Shown piece by piece: positions 27,470 through 38,662 of a stretch of DNA of 64,000 bases. The stretch's first letter is position 1; each line of letters starts with the position of its first letter. Made by a program: the position numbers and the translations under genes. The notes beneath the pieces were generated by a model. That model saw nothing but the letters and a program-made list of their open reading frames with translations. It was not told where the DNA came from and ran no database searches. Origin of the DNA: Malacoraja senta. Its lineage: Eukaryota. The DNA is taken from NCBI GenBank assembly GCA_038087875.1, contig CM075988.1, positions 16,060,001 to 16,124,000 on the forward strand. The letters are read 5' to 3'.

Positions 27470-28090
27470 ACAGTGGTGAAAGAGGCAAATAGCATGCATG
27501 CCTTCATAGGTTGAGGCATAGAATGGAAAAGTAGGGTTGTTATCTTACAACTTTAAAAAACTCTGGTTTGATCAAACTTGGAACATTGGGTGCATTTCAG
27601 GTCACCACAATAGGAAGTGGTTGTGCTGGAGAGAATGCAGAGTCATCAAGATGTCTGAATTGAGCACTTTAGTTATGGAGGGGGGGGGGGAGACTGGATA
27701 GACCATGCTTGTTTACCCTGGAGCGAAGGAGGGCTGACCTGATTGAGGTATTTAAAATTATAAGGGGTATCGATAAGTAAATAGAATAATTTCACATAGT
27801 AGAGATATCAAAAACAAGAGGCATAAGGTAAGAGGAAGGAGTTTTAAAGGAATGTGAAGAGAAAGTTTTCTTAATGCAGACGATTGATATTTGAAACTCA
27901 TTGCCAGAGGAGGTGATGGAGTTTTAGGTACAATCACTAAGCTTAAGAGACATTAAGACGGGTACTTAAATAGGGAAGGCATACAAAGATATGGACCGTC
28001 AGGAAGCAAATGGGATTAGTGTATATGGGGATCAAGGTCAGCATGGACAAGGTGGGACGAAGGACATGTTGTATACTGTACACCTCTATG
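27470..28090 (+). mobile_element. Highly degenerate CR1 3' fragment
   Basis: decayed LEY.VQFW / DLIEVFKII / WNSLP motifs. Confidence 0.65.
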
Positions 28091-28220
28091 ACCATAACAT
28101 GGCACTGCAGCCTTTCTCATGTGTTGAATTTGTTTTCTAGAGCAGGTAGGTACACTTGCCAAGGCCTAACTGTGGTTCCTTTTATCTCTACAGGGTCAGA
28201 CTTCCTCCACAAGCCTCGGC

Positions 28221-28437
28221 ATGACCCCTTTGGTCATGTCCTTTCTGTTCTGCTTACTGTCATGTGCATCGCCCAACAATGCAGACAATGTACTTACTGG
28301 GTTTTGTGCTGGTCAGCCGGGAATTCCAGGGACTCCAGGACGGAATGGGCATCCAGGGGTGGCAGGTCGGGATGGGCGAAGTGGGAGGGATGGAATGCCT
28401 GGAATGCCTGGAATGCCAGGAGGGAAAGGTGACACAG
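28221..28437 (+). CDS. C1QTNF5: C1QTNF5 (CTRP5) first coding exon: signal peptide, N-terminal Cys, collagen repeats; exon acceptor at 28193/28194
   Basis: [17 protein letters not shown]...[45 protein letters not shown]; gtaagc donor, phase 1. Confidence 0.93.
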
Positions 28438-28680
28438 GTAAGCCTCAGTAACATTCCTGGTTGTAATATAAAAAGTAAGATGTGAAATTAGCAAACAATC
28501 CCTTCAATGTGGTCACGAAGTAATTTTAGAACAACAAGGTTCAAAGTAGTTGAGTTCTTTGGGTGAAGATGGATTGTCAGAGAACATTACAGCACAAGAA
28601 CAGGATCTTCAGTCCACACTGTCTCTGCTGAACATGACGCCAAGAGCATCTCGTATGTACCTGCACATAGTCCATATCCA

Positions 28681-28939
28681 AGGTAGACAAAAGTGCTGGA
28701 GAAACTCAGCGGGTGCAGCAGCATCTATGGAGCGAAGGAAATAGGCAACGTTTTGGGCCAAAACCCTTCTTCAGAATGATGGAGGGGGGGCGGGGAGAAG
28801 AAAGGAAAAAGGAAGAGGAGGAGTTTCAGTCCGAAACGTTGCCTATTTCCTTCACTCCATAGATGCTGCTGCACCCGCTGAGTTTCTCCAGCACTTTTGT
28901 CTACTTTCGATTTTCCAGCATCTGCAGTTCCTTCTTAAA
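28681..28939. mobile_element. Inverted pair of Penelope pLTR mini-elements
   Basis: two oppositely oriented copies; 17-bp TSD CACATAGTCCATATCCA. Confidence 0.82.
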
Positions 28940-29342
28940 CACATAGTCCATATCCATATGCATATCCAATCGACTCTGAAATGCCACTATCATAAATGTT
29001 TCAACCACCATCCCTAACTGTGTGTGCATGGCACTCACCACCATCTGTGTGTAAAAAAAACAAAAACAAAGTTGCCCCACACATCTACTTTAAACTTTCC
29101 CCCTCTCATCTTAAAGCTATGTATGCCCTCTCGTATTTCATTTTTCCATCCTTGGAAACAAGTGCTCGTTCTGTATTTCAATCAACTGGTCTTTGCCCAC
29201 ATCAGATGCCCAATAACAATATCTCCCAGTGTACCCTCCCAAGCTCTTGTCTAATAATGTTGTAGTTTGCCTTACTCCAATTCAGTACTTTCATGCAAGA
29301 TTCAGCCTTCTCCCTATTCAAAACAATCACAAAACCTATTGA

Positions 29343-29580
29343 AGGTACACAAAAATGCTGGAGAAACTCAGCGGGTGCAGCAGCATCTATGGAGCGAAGG
29401 AAATAGGTAACGTTTCGGGCCGAAACCCTTCTTCAGACTGATAGGGGGTGGGGAGAAGAAAGGAAAAAAGGAAAAGGAGGAGGAGGAGCCCGAGGGCTGG
29501 GGGAGGGGAGGAGACAACCAGGTGGCTGATGAAGGGGAGGGGACAGCCAGGGCTAGCAGAATTGGGAGAATTCAACGTTC
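29343..29580 (-). mobile_element. Penelope-derived element with hammerhead-like core
   Basis: near-identical to 50951-51178. Confidence 0.78.
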
Positions 29581-29882
29581 AGGCCACCAGGATGTTGAGT
29601 TGTGATGATTTTCCCCAAACTGGCCTTCTACTGAAACACCAGTCACCTGGTCAGACTCGTTTCCCAACACAAGGTCCAGTATGTTCCCTTCCCAGGTCAG
29701 ACATGTTTCCTATGACGTGTTGCATTGCCAGTGCTCATTCTCCATGGCATTCCAATGAGGTAGCCTGGCATTCGCAGACAGTGGCATCAGCTTAAGAGCG
29801 GCAAATGAGCCAAAGTTAACAAATGTTGAAAAATTAAGATAGTTTTGTGTTTTGAACGATGAGCTTGGCTCTTCACCCGTCA

Positions 29883-30045
29883 TAGACAATATACAATAGA
29901 CAATAGGTGCAGGAGTAGGCCATTTGGCCCTTCGAGCCAGCACCGCCATTCAATTTGATCATGGCTGATCATCCATAATCAGTACCCCGTTCCTGCCTTC
30001 TCGCCATATCCCCTGAGTCCGCTATCTTTAAGAGCCCTATCTAAC
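29883..30045 (-). mobile_element. CR1 3' end
   Basis: ELDRALKDSG..GYGEKAGTGY plus (TATTGTC)n tail. Confidence 0.85.
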
Positions 30046-30629
30046 TCATCATCAGAGTTCCTCAACAACATTAAAAATGAAAATGATGAACATTTGAAAA
30101 TCAAGAACTGGGAGACTGGTTCAGCCTCAGTGAGACTCGGTGGACACTCAGTGAGAATAGAATGAACAGGACTTTGAGTTCGGTCATGGGTGGCAGAACT
30201 GTGGCTAAACACATTGTACAGATAGTACAGTGAGGGGAAACAGCCAGGAATAGGCAACACTTAAGATAACAAAGACATAAAGAATATTTTGGTTGCACTA
30301 CGCTGAAGCAAAAGTGAAATCAAGTGATGCTATGGGGCTGGTATTAGATATATTTAGTAATGACATGGATGTAAGCTTGGGATCAAATACGACACCAGCA
30401 TTCCTGATATCTGTGGATAGGGACTGATCTAGCAGCACGGATATAAGATCATGGTTGCCAGAATTTTCAGGCCTTTCAGTGTAAATTTGAAAATTTAGAG
30501 AGTACACAAGGGTTGGAGAGGTGAGGTGAGGTAGATGTAGATGCCTTCAGCTTACACGTGGAAACACATGTCCTGTTTTTGGCCATTGTTGCTGAGATGC
30601 AGCATCAATGAAAGTAGATGTGGAGGGAT

Positions 30630-31205
30630 TTCTTTAGTCAGAGGGGTGGTGAATCTGTGGAATTCTTTGCCACAGAAGGCTGCGGAGGCCAAGTCGATGG
30701 ATATCATTAAGGCAGAGAGAGATAGATTATTGATTAGTACGGGTGGCAGGGCTATGGGGAGAAGGCAGGAGAATGGGGTTTGGAGGGAGAGATAGATCAG
30801 CCATAGAACCACATAATATCCAGCCACATGCACTGTTTACCACTGCCACTGCTGATAGGACATTCACCATAGTACACCATAAGGTCAGAAGTGATAGTAG
30901 AATTAGGCCTTTTGGCCCATCGTGTCTACTCCACCATTCAATCATGGCTGATCTATCTCTCCCTCCTAACCCCATTCTTCTGTCTTCTCTCCATAACCTC
31001 TGACACCTGTACTAATTAAAAATCTATCTATCTCTGCCTTTAAAATATCCATTGACTTGGCCCCCACAACCTTCTGTGGCAAAGAACTCCACAGATTCAC
31101 CACCTTCTGACTAAAGAAATGTCTCCATGTTTCCTTCCTAAAAGAACATCCTTTAATTCTGAGGCTATGACCTCTAGTCCTAGAATCTCCCACTAGTGGA
31201 AACAT
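30630..31205. mobile_element. Two opposed CR1 3' fragments (30630-30805 on +, 30880-31205 on -)
   Basis: VVNLWNSLPQK / VVNLWSSLPQK motifs on both strands. Confidence 0.8.
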
Positions 31206-31560
31206 AACATATCCCTTCATATAAGTCAATGTAATCTGAAGCCATCTGCTTGAGATGGACATATTTTGCTAAAGTATTACAGTGGATTAACAGAGATTGC
31301 ATCAACCTTACAACATAAGTTCAAAGCTTGCTTCTGTAAATAAGACACCTTATTTCCATCCTCCACATTGCATCAGAATTGCTTATTACTGTTCTTAATT
31401 AAATTCAGCTGGAAGTTTAAAACGAGGTCGGCAGGAGTGAGGGGCCAGGCAGGAGTGATTAACTTTTTATTTTATTTTTGAAAGGAAGTTGCAAAATGCC
31501 TCGGGGACTGCTTTAGTTTTTCACCGATCCCATCGTTTTTCAAAAGATCCAATACATTTT

Positions 31561-31856
31561 AGGCATGTCACAGCAGCACAGCACTAGAGTTGCTGCCTCA
31601 CAGCACCAGAGACCCGGGTTTGACCCTGGCTATCTATCCCTGCTGTCTGTAAGGAGATTGTACGTTCTCCCTGTGACCACGTAGGTTTCCCCTGGATGCT
31701 CCGGTTTCTTCCCACACTCCAAAGACTTGTAGGTTAATTGGCTTCGGTAAAAGTTGTAAATTGTCCCTTGCATGTAGGATAGTGCTAATGTACAGGGATT
31801 ATTGGTCGGTGCAGGTTTGATGGGCTGAAAGGGCTGTTGTATCTCTAAAACTAAAA
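31561..31856 (+). mobile_element. V-SINE copy (diverged)
   Basis: SINE body and tail. Confidence 0.75.
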
Positions 31857-33404
31857 TTTTACTTGGACGTTGTGATTTGTGCGCAACTAATTTACAGAGA
31901 CAGCCTGAGACTTTAATTATAAGAAAACTGTTTTTTCCTCTCCTGTTTTTGAAGCATCTGATATTTGCTGACTCAAGCTACCAGCTTCCCTGATGGTGGA
32001 ATAAGAACATGGTTTTCTGGAACGTAACTAGCTAGTCAGTCCCAGAAAAGTCAAGTTAACAATTCAACAGCAATAACTTGCATTTGTATGCTGGGTGCCC
32101 TAGAATTATATAACATGCCTAAAGCCACATAACAGCAGCAGCAGACTGCAAAACCAAATTTGATATTCTCTCTCTTTAGAAGATGGTAAAAACTGACCAA
32201 AAGTTCAATCAATGTTTGATGTTTAAAGAGCATTTTAACAGAGGAGAGCAAGTAGGAGAATTTCAGAAAGAATTCCAAATCTGAGGCTCAGGCAGCTGAA
32301 GGCATGATTACTGCTGGTGGGGTGAAGGGAGTGGAGAAGCATTGGAGTCTTGGATTGAAGGAAAGCAGAGCTCTTAAAGGAATATAGGGATCCAGATACT
32401 GCCCAGCCCCATTTCTTATAAAGCATCATATTGCACATTTAATTCAACTTTTGTAGTTAAACACAGTGATGCAATGCTGATTTGCAGTTTCTTCTTTATG
32501 CTATTTGACTGAATTGCATCACCCTCACAACTACTTCCAGGCCACATCTACCAGATCTGTACACCTGAATTACTTTCTACCTGAGCCTGCGACAACGGAA
32601 GACAACTGTAGCGAAATCTGTATCAATTCTATCTTGACTTAGAACACAATCTATTTAATTCCTGCTCTATACAACCCAATGCTCCGTGAATTGGTAAAAT
32701 GTGATCACTGAGCATTTAAAAGGAATGTAGTTTTAATCCTGAAGTTATGAATGTGGTAAAAGCTGAGTTTCAGGCATTGTCAGTTCAACAAACCCACTGC
32801 TCAAGTTACTGGGGGAAACTAATCCAATTAATTCTTATCCTTCAATATTCATCCACTGAGGAAAGTGACAGCAATCTAAATCTTTCACTTAGTTCCTTAC
32901 ATTAAACGCTCTCGGTACATCCAATAGATTTACTATTCCCATTATGAATGAAACAAATGATTCATTTGTTCGTGTGGAAATTGTTCTGTTCTAAGGTATT
33001 GGCTGGCCACTTTGAGAAGGTGTCAAAATTGCAGAAAAAGAGCAGGGGTGTTACTGCATGGCATCAGAGGTGAAAAACCTATCAGTAATGAGGACAAAAG
33101 TACTCAGTCTCTCCACTGGTACACAGCGGCACAGAGTACGGCAGTAACTATTGGGGATAAAATGCAATTATAGAAGTTAGAAAAATGTCTAATCAAGAAC
33201 CATCCTAGAAACATTCTTTTTTGTAAGGGAAATGGATAAATATTTAGAAAGAAGAACTTACAGGGATAGAGGGAAAAGGAATGCGGAGAACTCTTTCAGA
33301 GATTTGGCCTAGTCCTGAGACTCATGGATCCTACAGATGCACCACAGAAAGTCTCCTGTTAGCTTGGTTTGGGAATAAATCTGACCAAGACCGCAATAAA
33401 CTAC

Positions 33405-33590
33405 AGAGATAGACACAAAAAGCTGGATTAACTCAGCGGGACCGACAGCATCTTTGGAGAGAAGGAAAGGGTGACGTTTCAGATACCCTTCCTCAGCCAT
33501 CTCCAGAGATGCTGCGTGTCCCGCTGAGTTACTCCAGCTTTTTGTGTGTCTCTCTTCAGTTTAAACCAGCATTGACAGTTCCGTCTTACA
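33405..33590. mobile_element. Inverted Penelope pLTR mini-element pair
   Basis: ACACAAAAAGCTGGA...TCCAGCTTTTTGTGT inverted arms. Confidence 0.72.
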
Positions 33591-34257
33591 CAGAAATTAC
33601 AGAGAGTTGTGTATCTAGCCGAGTCCATCGCACAGACCAGACTTCTCACCATTGACTCCATCTACACTTCATGATGCCTCGGGAAAGCAATCAATGTAAT
33701 GAAAGACTTGTACCACCCCACGGTCATTTCTCCTTCTCCCTTCTCCTACCTGCCAGCAGGTACAGAAGTTTGAACGCACACATCACCAGACTCAGGATTA
33801 GCTTCTTCCCCTCTGCTTTCGGGCTTCCATAAGCTGAGGTATTATTAAGAACATTGGACTTTGTGTAAGAAACTGATGTGCCACAATGCCTGAAACTCGG
33901 TTTTTACCACATTCATAACTTTGGATTAAAACTACTGAGAACAATACTTTGCATTCTGTATCTTGCCCTTTGCTCTACCCAATGTACTTGAATTTGAACT
34001 GATTTTACCTATGAATGCTATATCTGATCTATTTGGATAGTGTGCAAAACAAATCTTTTCACTGTACCTCAGCTAAACCTAAAGCTATGCATCATCTTAA
34101 TCCAAATGAAGAGGAACATGCACATGTGGATTTAGAGATATGGACTTGGGTAGATAGAACATTGTTGTAACTTTCATGTACAGTTGGCCTTCTATTCCCT
34201 AATGATGGGGACACCAAGGTGGATGGGTTGAACCAGAGAATTTGATTGTAATAATCT

Positions 34258-34679
34258 TTCTTTCTTTTAAAATCTTTTTATTAGCTTTTTTTCCAAAAAC
34301 AAAAACAAAACAACAAAAAAAGGAATAATGATAAACATAACAATGATATTGATAGATAGGGATCAGGATTACATTAATAACAGGTATAACCTAAATATGA
34401 GTCCAGTGTCAAAATACACATTGAATATAGACCTCTATGTAAATATAGTTAAATGTTTAAAAGAAAACTTGTATATAAAAAAAACAAAAAGATAAAAAGA
34501 AAAAAAAGAGAAAGAAGGAAAAAACAAAACCCCCCTAAACTAGAAAAAAAAAGCAAAACAGAATCTGGGCTGCAAAGAATTTCAACAATTTAAGTCCCTG
34601 TTTGTCGTCAAGTCCGTTCCACCGTACAAAGGTAAAATAATTTTGATAACGGTTGGAGAGGGGACAATTTGTGTCTTCC
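34258..34679 (-). mobile_element. L1-like 3' fragment inserted next to the C1QTNF5 last-intron branch point
   Basis: minus-strand AATAAA plus A-rich tail, T-rich 3'UTR, 8-bp duplication AATAATCT. Confidence 0.6.
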
Positions 34680-34709
34680 AATAATCTAATTGATCCTTTT
34701 GTTTTCCAG

Positions 34710-35227
34710 GCCACACTGGGGTAAAGGGGGAGCTGGGTGATGACGGGATACCTGGGATACCTGGGGAGCAGGGAGCGAAAGGAGCCGGCATCCCCAGCTT
34801 CAACTCCGCGTTCAGTGCCAAACGCTCCAAGACGCACATCTTCCCCCTGACTGATGAGCCGGTCCAGTTCGATGTAGTTCTGCACAATGATCAGCGCCAT
34901 TACAACCCAGCCACGGGGAAGTTTACCTGTGAGATCCCCGGCCTCTACTACTTTGTGGTTCACTCCACTGTTTTCCGAACCAGCCTGCAGTTTGACATCA
35001 TGAAGAACAATGTGACCATCTCCTCGTTTTTCCAGTACTTCGCCAACTGGCCGAAGCCTGTCTCGCTATCGGGTGGAGCCCTCATCCACCTGAACCCAGG
35101 GGAGCAGGTGTGGGTGCAGGTGGTGGTGGGGGAGTACAACGGAATTTACTCCAGCACAAAGACAGACAGCAGCTTTATTGGGTTTCTACTCTATTCTGAA
35201 TGGAAAAATGCTCATTTAATCTATTAA
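34710..35227 (+). CDS. C1QTNF5: C1QTNF5 last exon: rest of the collagen domain plus globular C1q domain; total CDS 735 nt, 244 aa
   Basis: ttttccag acceptor; SAFSAKRS...[28 protein letters not shown]...[17 protein letters not shown]...VWVQV...YSEW, matching CTRP5-specific motifs; 23 Gly-X-Y triplets in total; lies downstream of MFRP. Confidence 0.95.
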
Positions 35228-35649
35228 TATCCATCACTTTGCTTACTGTTACACCTTGCATGGATTATTGCATCAAAACTGAATTTTAAACGTTATAATT
35301 AGATACACTGTCATGAGAGATGTACTGTATCTCTGACCAGAGCATCAGCACCTGTACAATTTGCCTAAAATGCACAGCAGACTTGATGTCTGTTTATAAA
35401 ATGAAATGTTTATTCTCAATTACTTCCTTGTCTCAATTTGTTGGTCCTAATGTTATTCTTGCATAGTTCATCTCCATATCAGTACAAAGACAAGATGTGG
35501 AGAGTTATTGCTAACACTTAGCACTTCTTCAATGGGGAACGTAAGCTGGAGCCTACATTGGGTTCATGATGGAGAATATCATGGCAAGAAGTGTTTCAAC
35601 ACTCCCAATGCCACAATCCAGGTTAGATATACAGTCAGGGAAATGCTCT

Positions 35650-35980
35650 TTGGGTGGTATAGTTTGTAGTATTGCTGCCTTACTTACAGCTCCAGTGATC
35701 TGGAGTCAATCTTGACCTCTGGAGCTATCTGTGTGAAGTTTGCTTCCTCTCCCTGTAATTGCATGGGTTTCCTCTGGGTGCTCTGGTTTCCTCACACATT
35801 CCAAATATCTCCAGTTGATAGGTTAATTGGACACTGTAAATTGTCTCCATGGTGATGGATAGAATCTGGGGAAAGTTGATGGGAATGTGGGAGAATAAAG
35901 TGGGATTAGTGGTAGTAGGGTCAACAAAGGCTCAATGGACCAAAGGGTCCGTTTCTTTTCTGTATGATTCTATGACCTCT
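35650..35980 (+). mobile_element. Old diverged V-SINE
   Basis: V-domain remnant GGGTTTCCTCTGGGTGCTCTGGTTTCCTC. Confidence 0.7.
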
Positions 35981-36289
35981 ATAACCAGGCACAGGAAAAC
36001 ACAATCGTGAACGACCCAACCTTGCAAAGTAGAATGAACATAACATGCAGATAAAGTGGAATGAGAATGAACAAGTATGATGACTGGAAGGTGTTTGCAA
36101 GATCTAAAGGAAGAGCCAAAGGAGAACTGCCTCCAACACCTCAGGCACTGACTGGTCCAGATACCACAGTGGAGAAAATAACTACAGTTCCACATTATCA
36201 TTGTCGAAGAACTTGTGAACTCTCAAAGGCAAAAACTTGAAAGTTTTCACAAAAGTAAAGCTGGTTGATCCAAACCTCTTTAGTCTAAG

Positions 36290-36559
36290 AAAGAACTGCA
36301 GATGCTGGTTTAAACCGGAGATAGACACAAAATGCTGGAGTAACTCAGCGGGACAGGCAGCAGGAATGGGTGACTTTTCGGGTCGAGACCCTTCTTCGGA
36401 CTGGTTAGGGATAAGGGAAACGAGAGATATAGACGGTGATGTGGAGAGATAAAGAACAATGAATGAAAGATATGCAAAAAAGTAACGATGATAGAGGAAA
36501 CAGGCCATTGTAAGCTGTTTGTAGGGTGAAAATGAGAAGTTAGTGTGACTTGGGTGGGG

Positions 36560-36597
<38 letters not shown>

Positions 36598-37098
36598 GCC
36601 GGGGCTACCTTAAGTGAGAGAAATCAATATGCATACCACTGGGCTGTAAGCTGCCCAAGCGAAATATGAGTTGTTGTTCCTCCAATTTGCGTTTAGCCTC
36701 ACTCTGACAATGGTGGAGAGCGAAGACAGAAAGATCTGTGTAGGAATGGGAAGGAGAATTAAAGTGCCCAGCAACCGGGAGATCAGGTTGGTTCAGGCAG
36801 GCTGAGCGAAGGTGTTCTGTGAAACGATCGCCCAGTCTGCAGTTGGTCTCACCGATATATAAGAGTCCACATCTTGAACAACGTATACAGTAGATGAGGT
36901 TGGAGGAGGTACAAGTGAACCTCTGCCTAACCTGAAAGGACTGTCGGGGTACACAAAAATGCTGGAGAAACTCAGCGGGTGCAGCAGCATCTATGGAGCG
37001 AAGGAAATAGGCAACGTTTCGGGCCGAAACCCTTCTTCAGACTGTCGGGGTACTTGGACAGAGTCGAGGGAGGAGGTATAGCGACAGGTGTTGCATCC
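36290..37098 (-). mobile_element. Penelope-like retroelement 3' fragment: Zn-linker plus GIY-YIG endonuclease plus pLTR
   Basis: minus frame CNTCRYTSS...FTCTSSNLIYCIRCSRCGLLYIGETNCRLGDRFTEHLRS...LEEQQLIFRLGSLQPSGMHIDF (stop at 36605-36607), interrupted by a mini-element at 36953-37039. Confidence 0.9.
36563..36592 (+). repeat. (GA)n microsatellite
   Basis: AG run within the Penelope 3' region. Confidence 0.85.
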
Positions 37099-37509
37099 TC
37101 TTTCGTGTAAGGCTCCCCCCAGTGGTTTGATTTATATCAGCAGTTGTATTGCTGTACCAAATCAGTTCAGTCACACTTCATTTATTCCCTTTACTGTTCT
37201 ACATCCTTCACGTTCAAGATCATCACCTCCTTTGTATCCCTCATTGACCAACTCCATTTTTTCAAGCTATCTACCCCCCCCCTCCCCCCTCCTCAACATC
37301 TTCAATAACTAATTGTTCCTGATTTCACTTTCCATCTCAGCTTTCCCCAGCCTCTCTCCTCTTGTCATTTGCCCACCTTAACCGACCTGTGGCTAATGTT
37401 GTGCTTCAATTTAAGGCTTCATTGCAAAGCTAGGAAACTACAGAGCAGGGAGCCTAGCATCTGTGCCAGGTAAGATACTGCAGAGGACTGAGCAATAAGA
37501 TATATATGC

Positions 37510-38255
37510 ATTTGGATAGACAGATGCTGATTAGGGATAGATAACATGGTTTATCATGGGAGATTGTGTCTCATGGATTTGGTGGAGTTTTTGAAGAAGT
37601 AACCATGAAGGTTAACAATGGCAAAGTTGTAGTCTATATGAACTTCAGCAAGGCCTGTGATAAGGTTCTGTATGGTGAGCTGCTCTGGAAGGTTAGATTG
37701 CATGGCATCCAGGGAGAGCTGGCTGCTTGAATACACAATTTGCTTCATGAAAGGAAGCAGATCCCCTTTGGGGACGGGCATGCAAAGAGTCGTAATGCTC
37801 TGGCACCACTCTGCACATCATGAAAGCACAGCGTGGTGATAGATGTTTTCGGACTGGAGCCATGTGCCTTGGGGATGGGTGCTGGGCCCATTGCTATTTG
37901 TGTTTTATATGAATGATTTAGAAGAGAATGTGTAAAGCATGATTAGTAAGTTTACAGATGACACAAAGCTAAGTGGTAATGTAGACAGTGACGATGGTTA
38001 TCAAAGCACATCTGGCCTGGCCTTGCCTTGTGGGACCATGTCATCTGGTAGTGTACCCTCTTGGGGGGTAAACATCCCATAGTAGTTGAGACAGATACCG
38101 GAACAACATTCAAAATACATTGAGACTGGGACATGGGCAGGAACGATTTAGAGGGAATATGGGCCAAATGCGAGCAGGTGGGATGGGATTAGATGGGGCA
38201 GCATGGACAGGTTGGGTGGAAGGGCCCATTTCCATGCTGTATGACTCCGACTCTA
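37510..38255 (+). mobile_element. Degenerate CR1 RT fragment
   Basis: decayed LVEFFEEVT, FSKA.DKV, VLGPLLFV.Y.NDL, SKF.DDTKL motifs. Confidence 0.7.
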
Positions 38256-38662
38256 AGCATTTACCCCAATGATCCTACTAAGAACCTTAAGGTTTTAATG
38301 AAAGATAGCATGGAAACCAGCCTTTGGGATAGGTTAATACTGTAGACGGGGATTTAAAGTTAAAATGTGCATTAAAATAAATATAAGGGCATCGAGTTTG
38401 TCAAGAGTGTTTTATTATCATATGGCCTTAAAAGGAACAATGAAATCCTAGTGTGCAGCAGCCCAGCAGATATGTAAACATAATACTCTTTAATCAACAA
38501 TAAAACATTGATGAAAACAGGTTTGCCCTATTACATAAGGATGTGACGGCTTTGGAGAGGGTGCAGAAGAGATTTACCAGCGTGCTGCATTGATCAGAGG
38601 GTATTAAGTATAATGAGAGCTTGGACAAACATGGAGCCACAAGGAACTGCAGATGCAGGTTT

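Noticed and set aside
34535..34963. 142-aa minus-strand ORF
   Set aside because: Antisense shadow of the C1QTNF5 exon running into an L1 remnant
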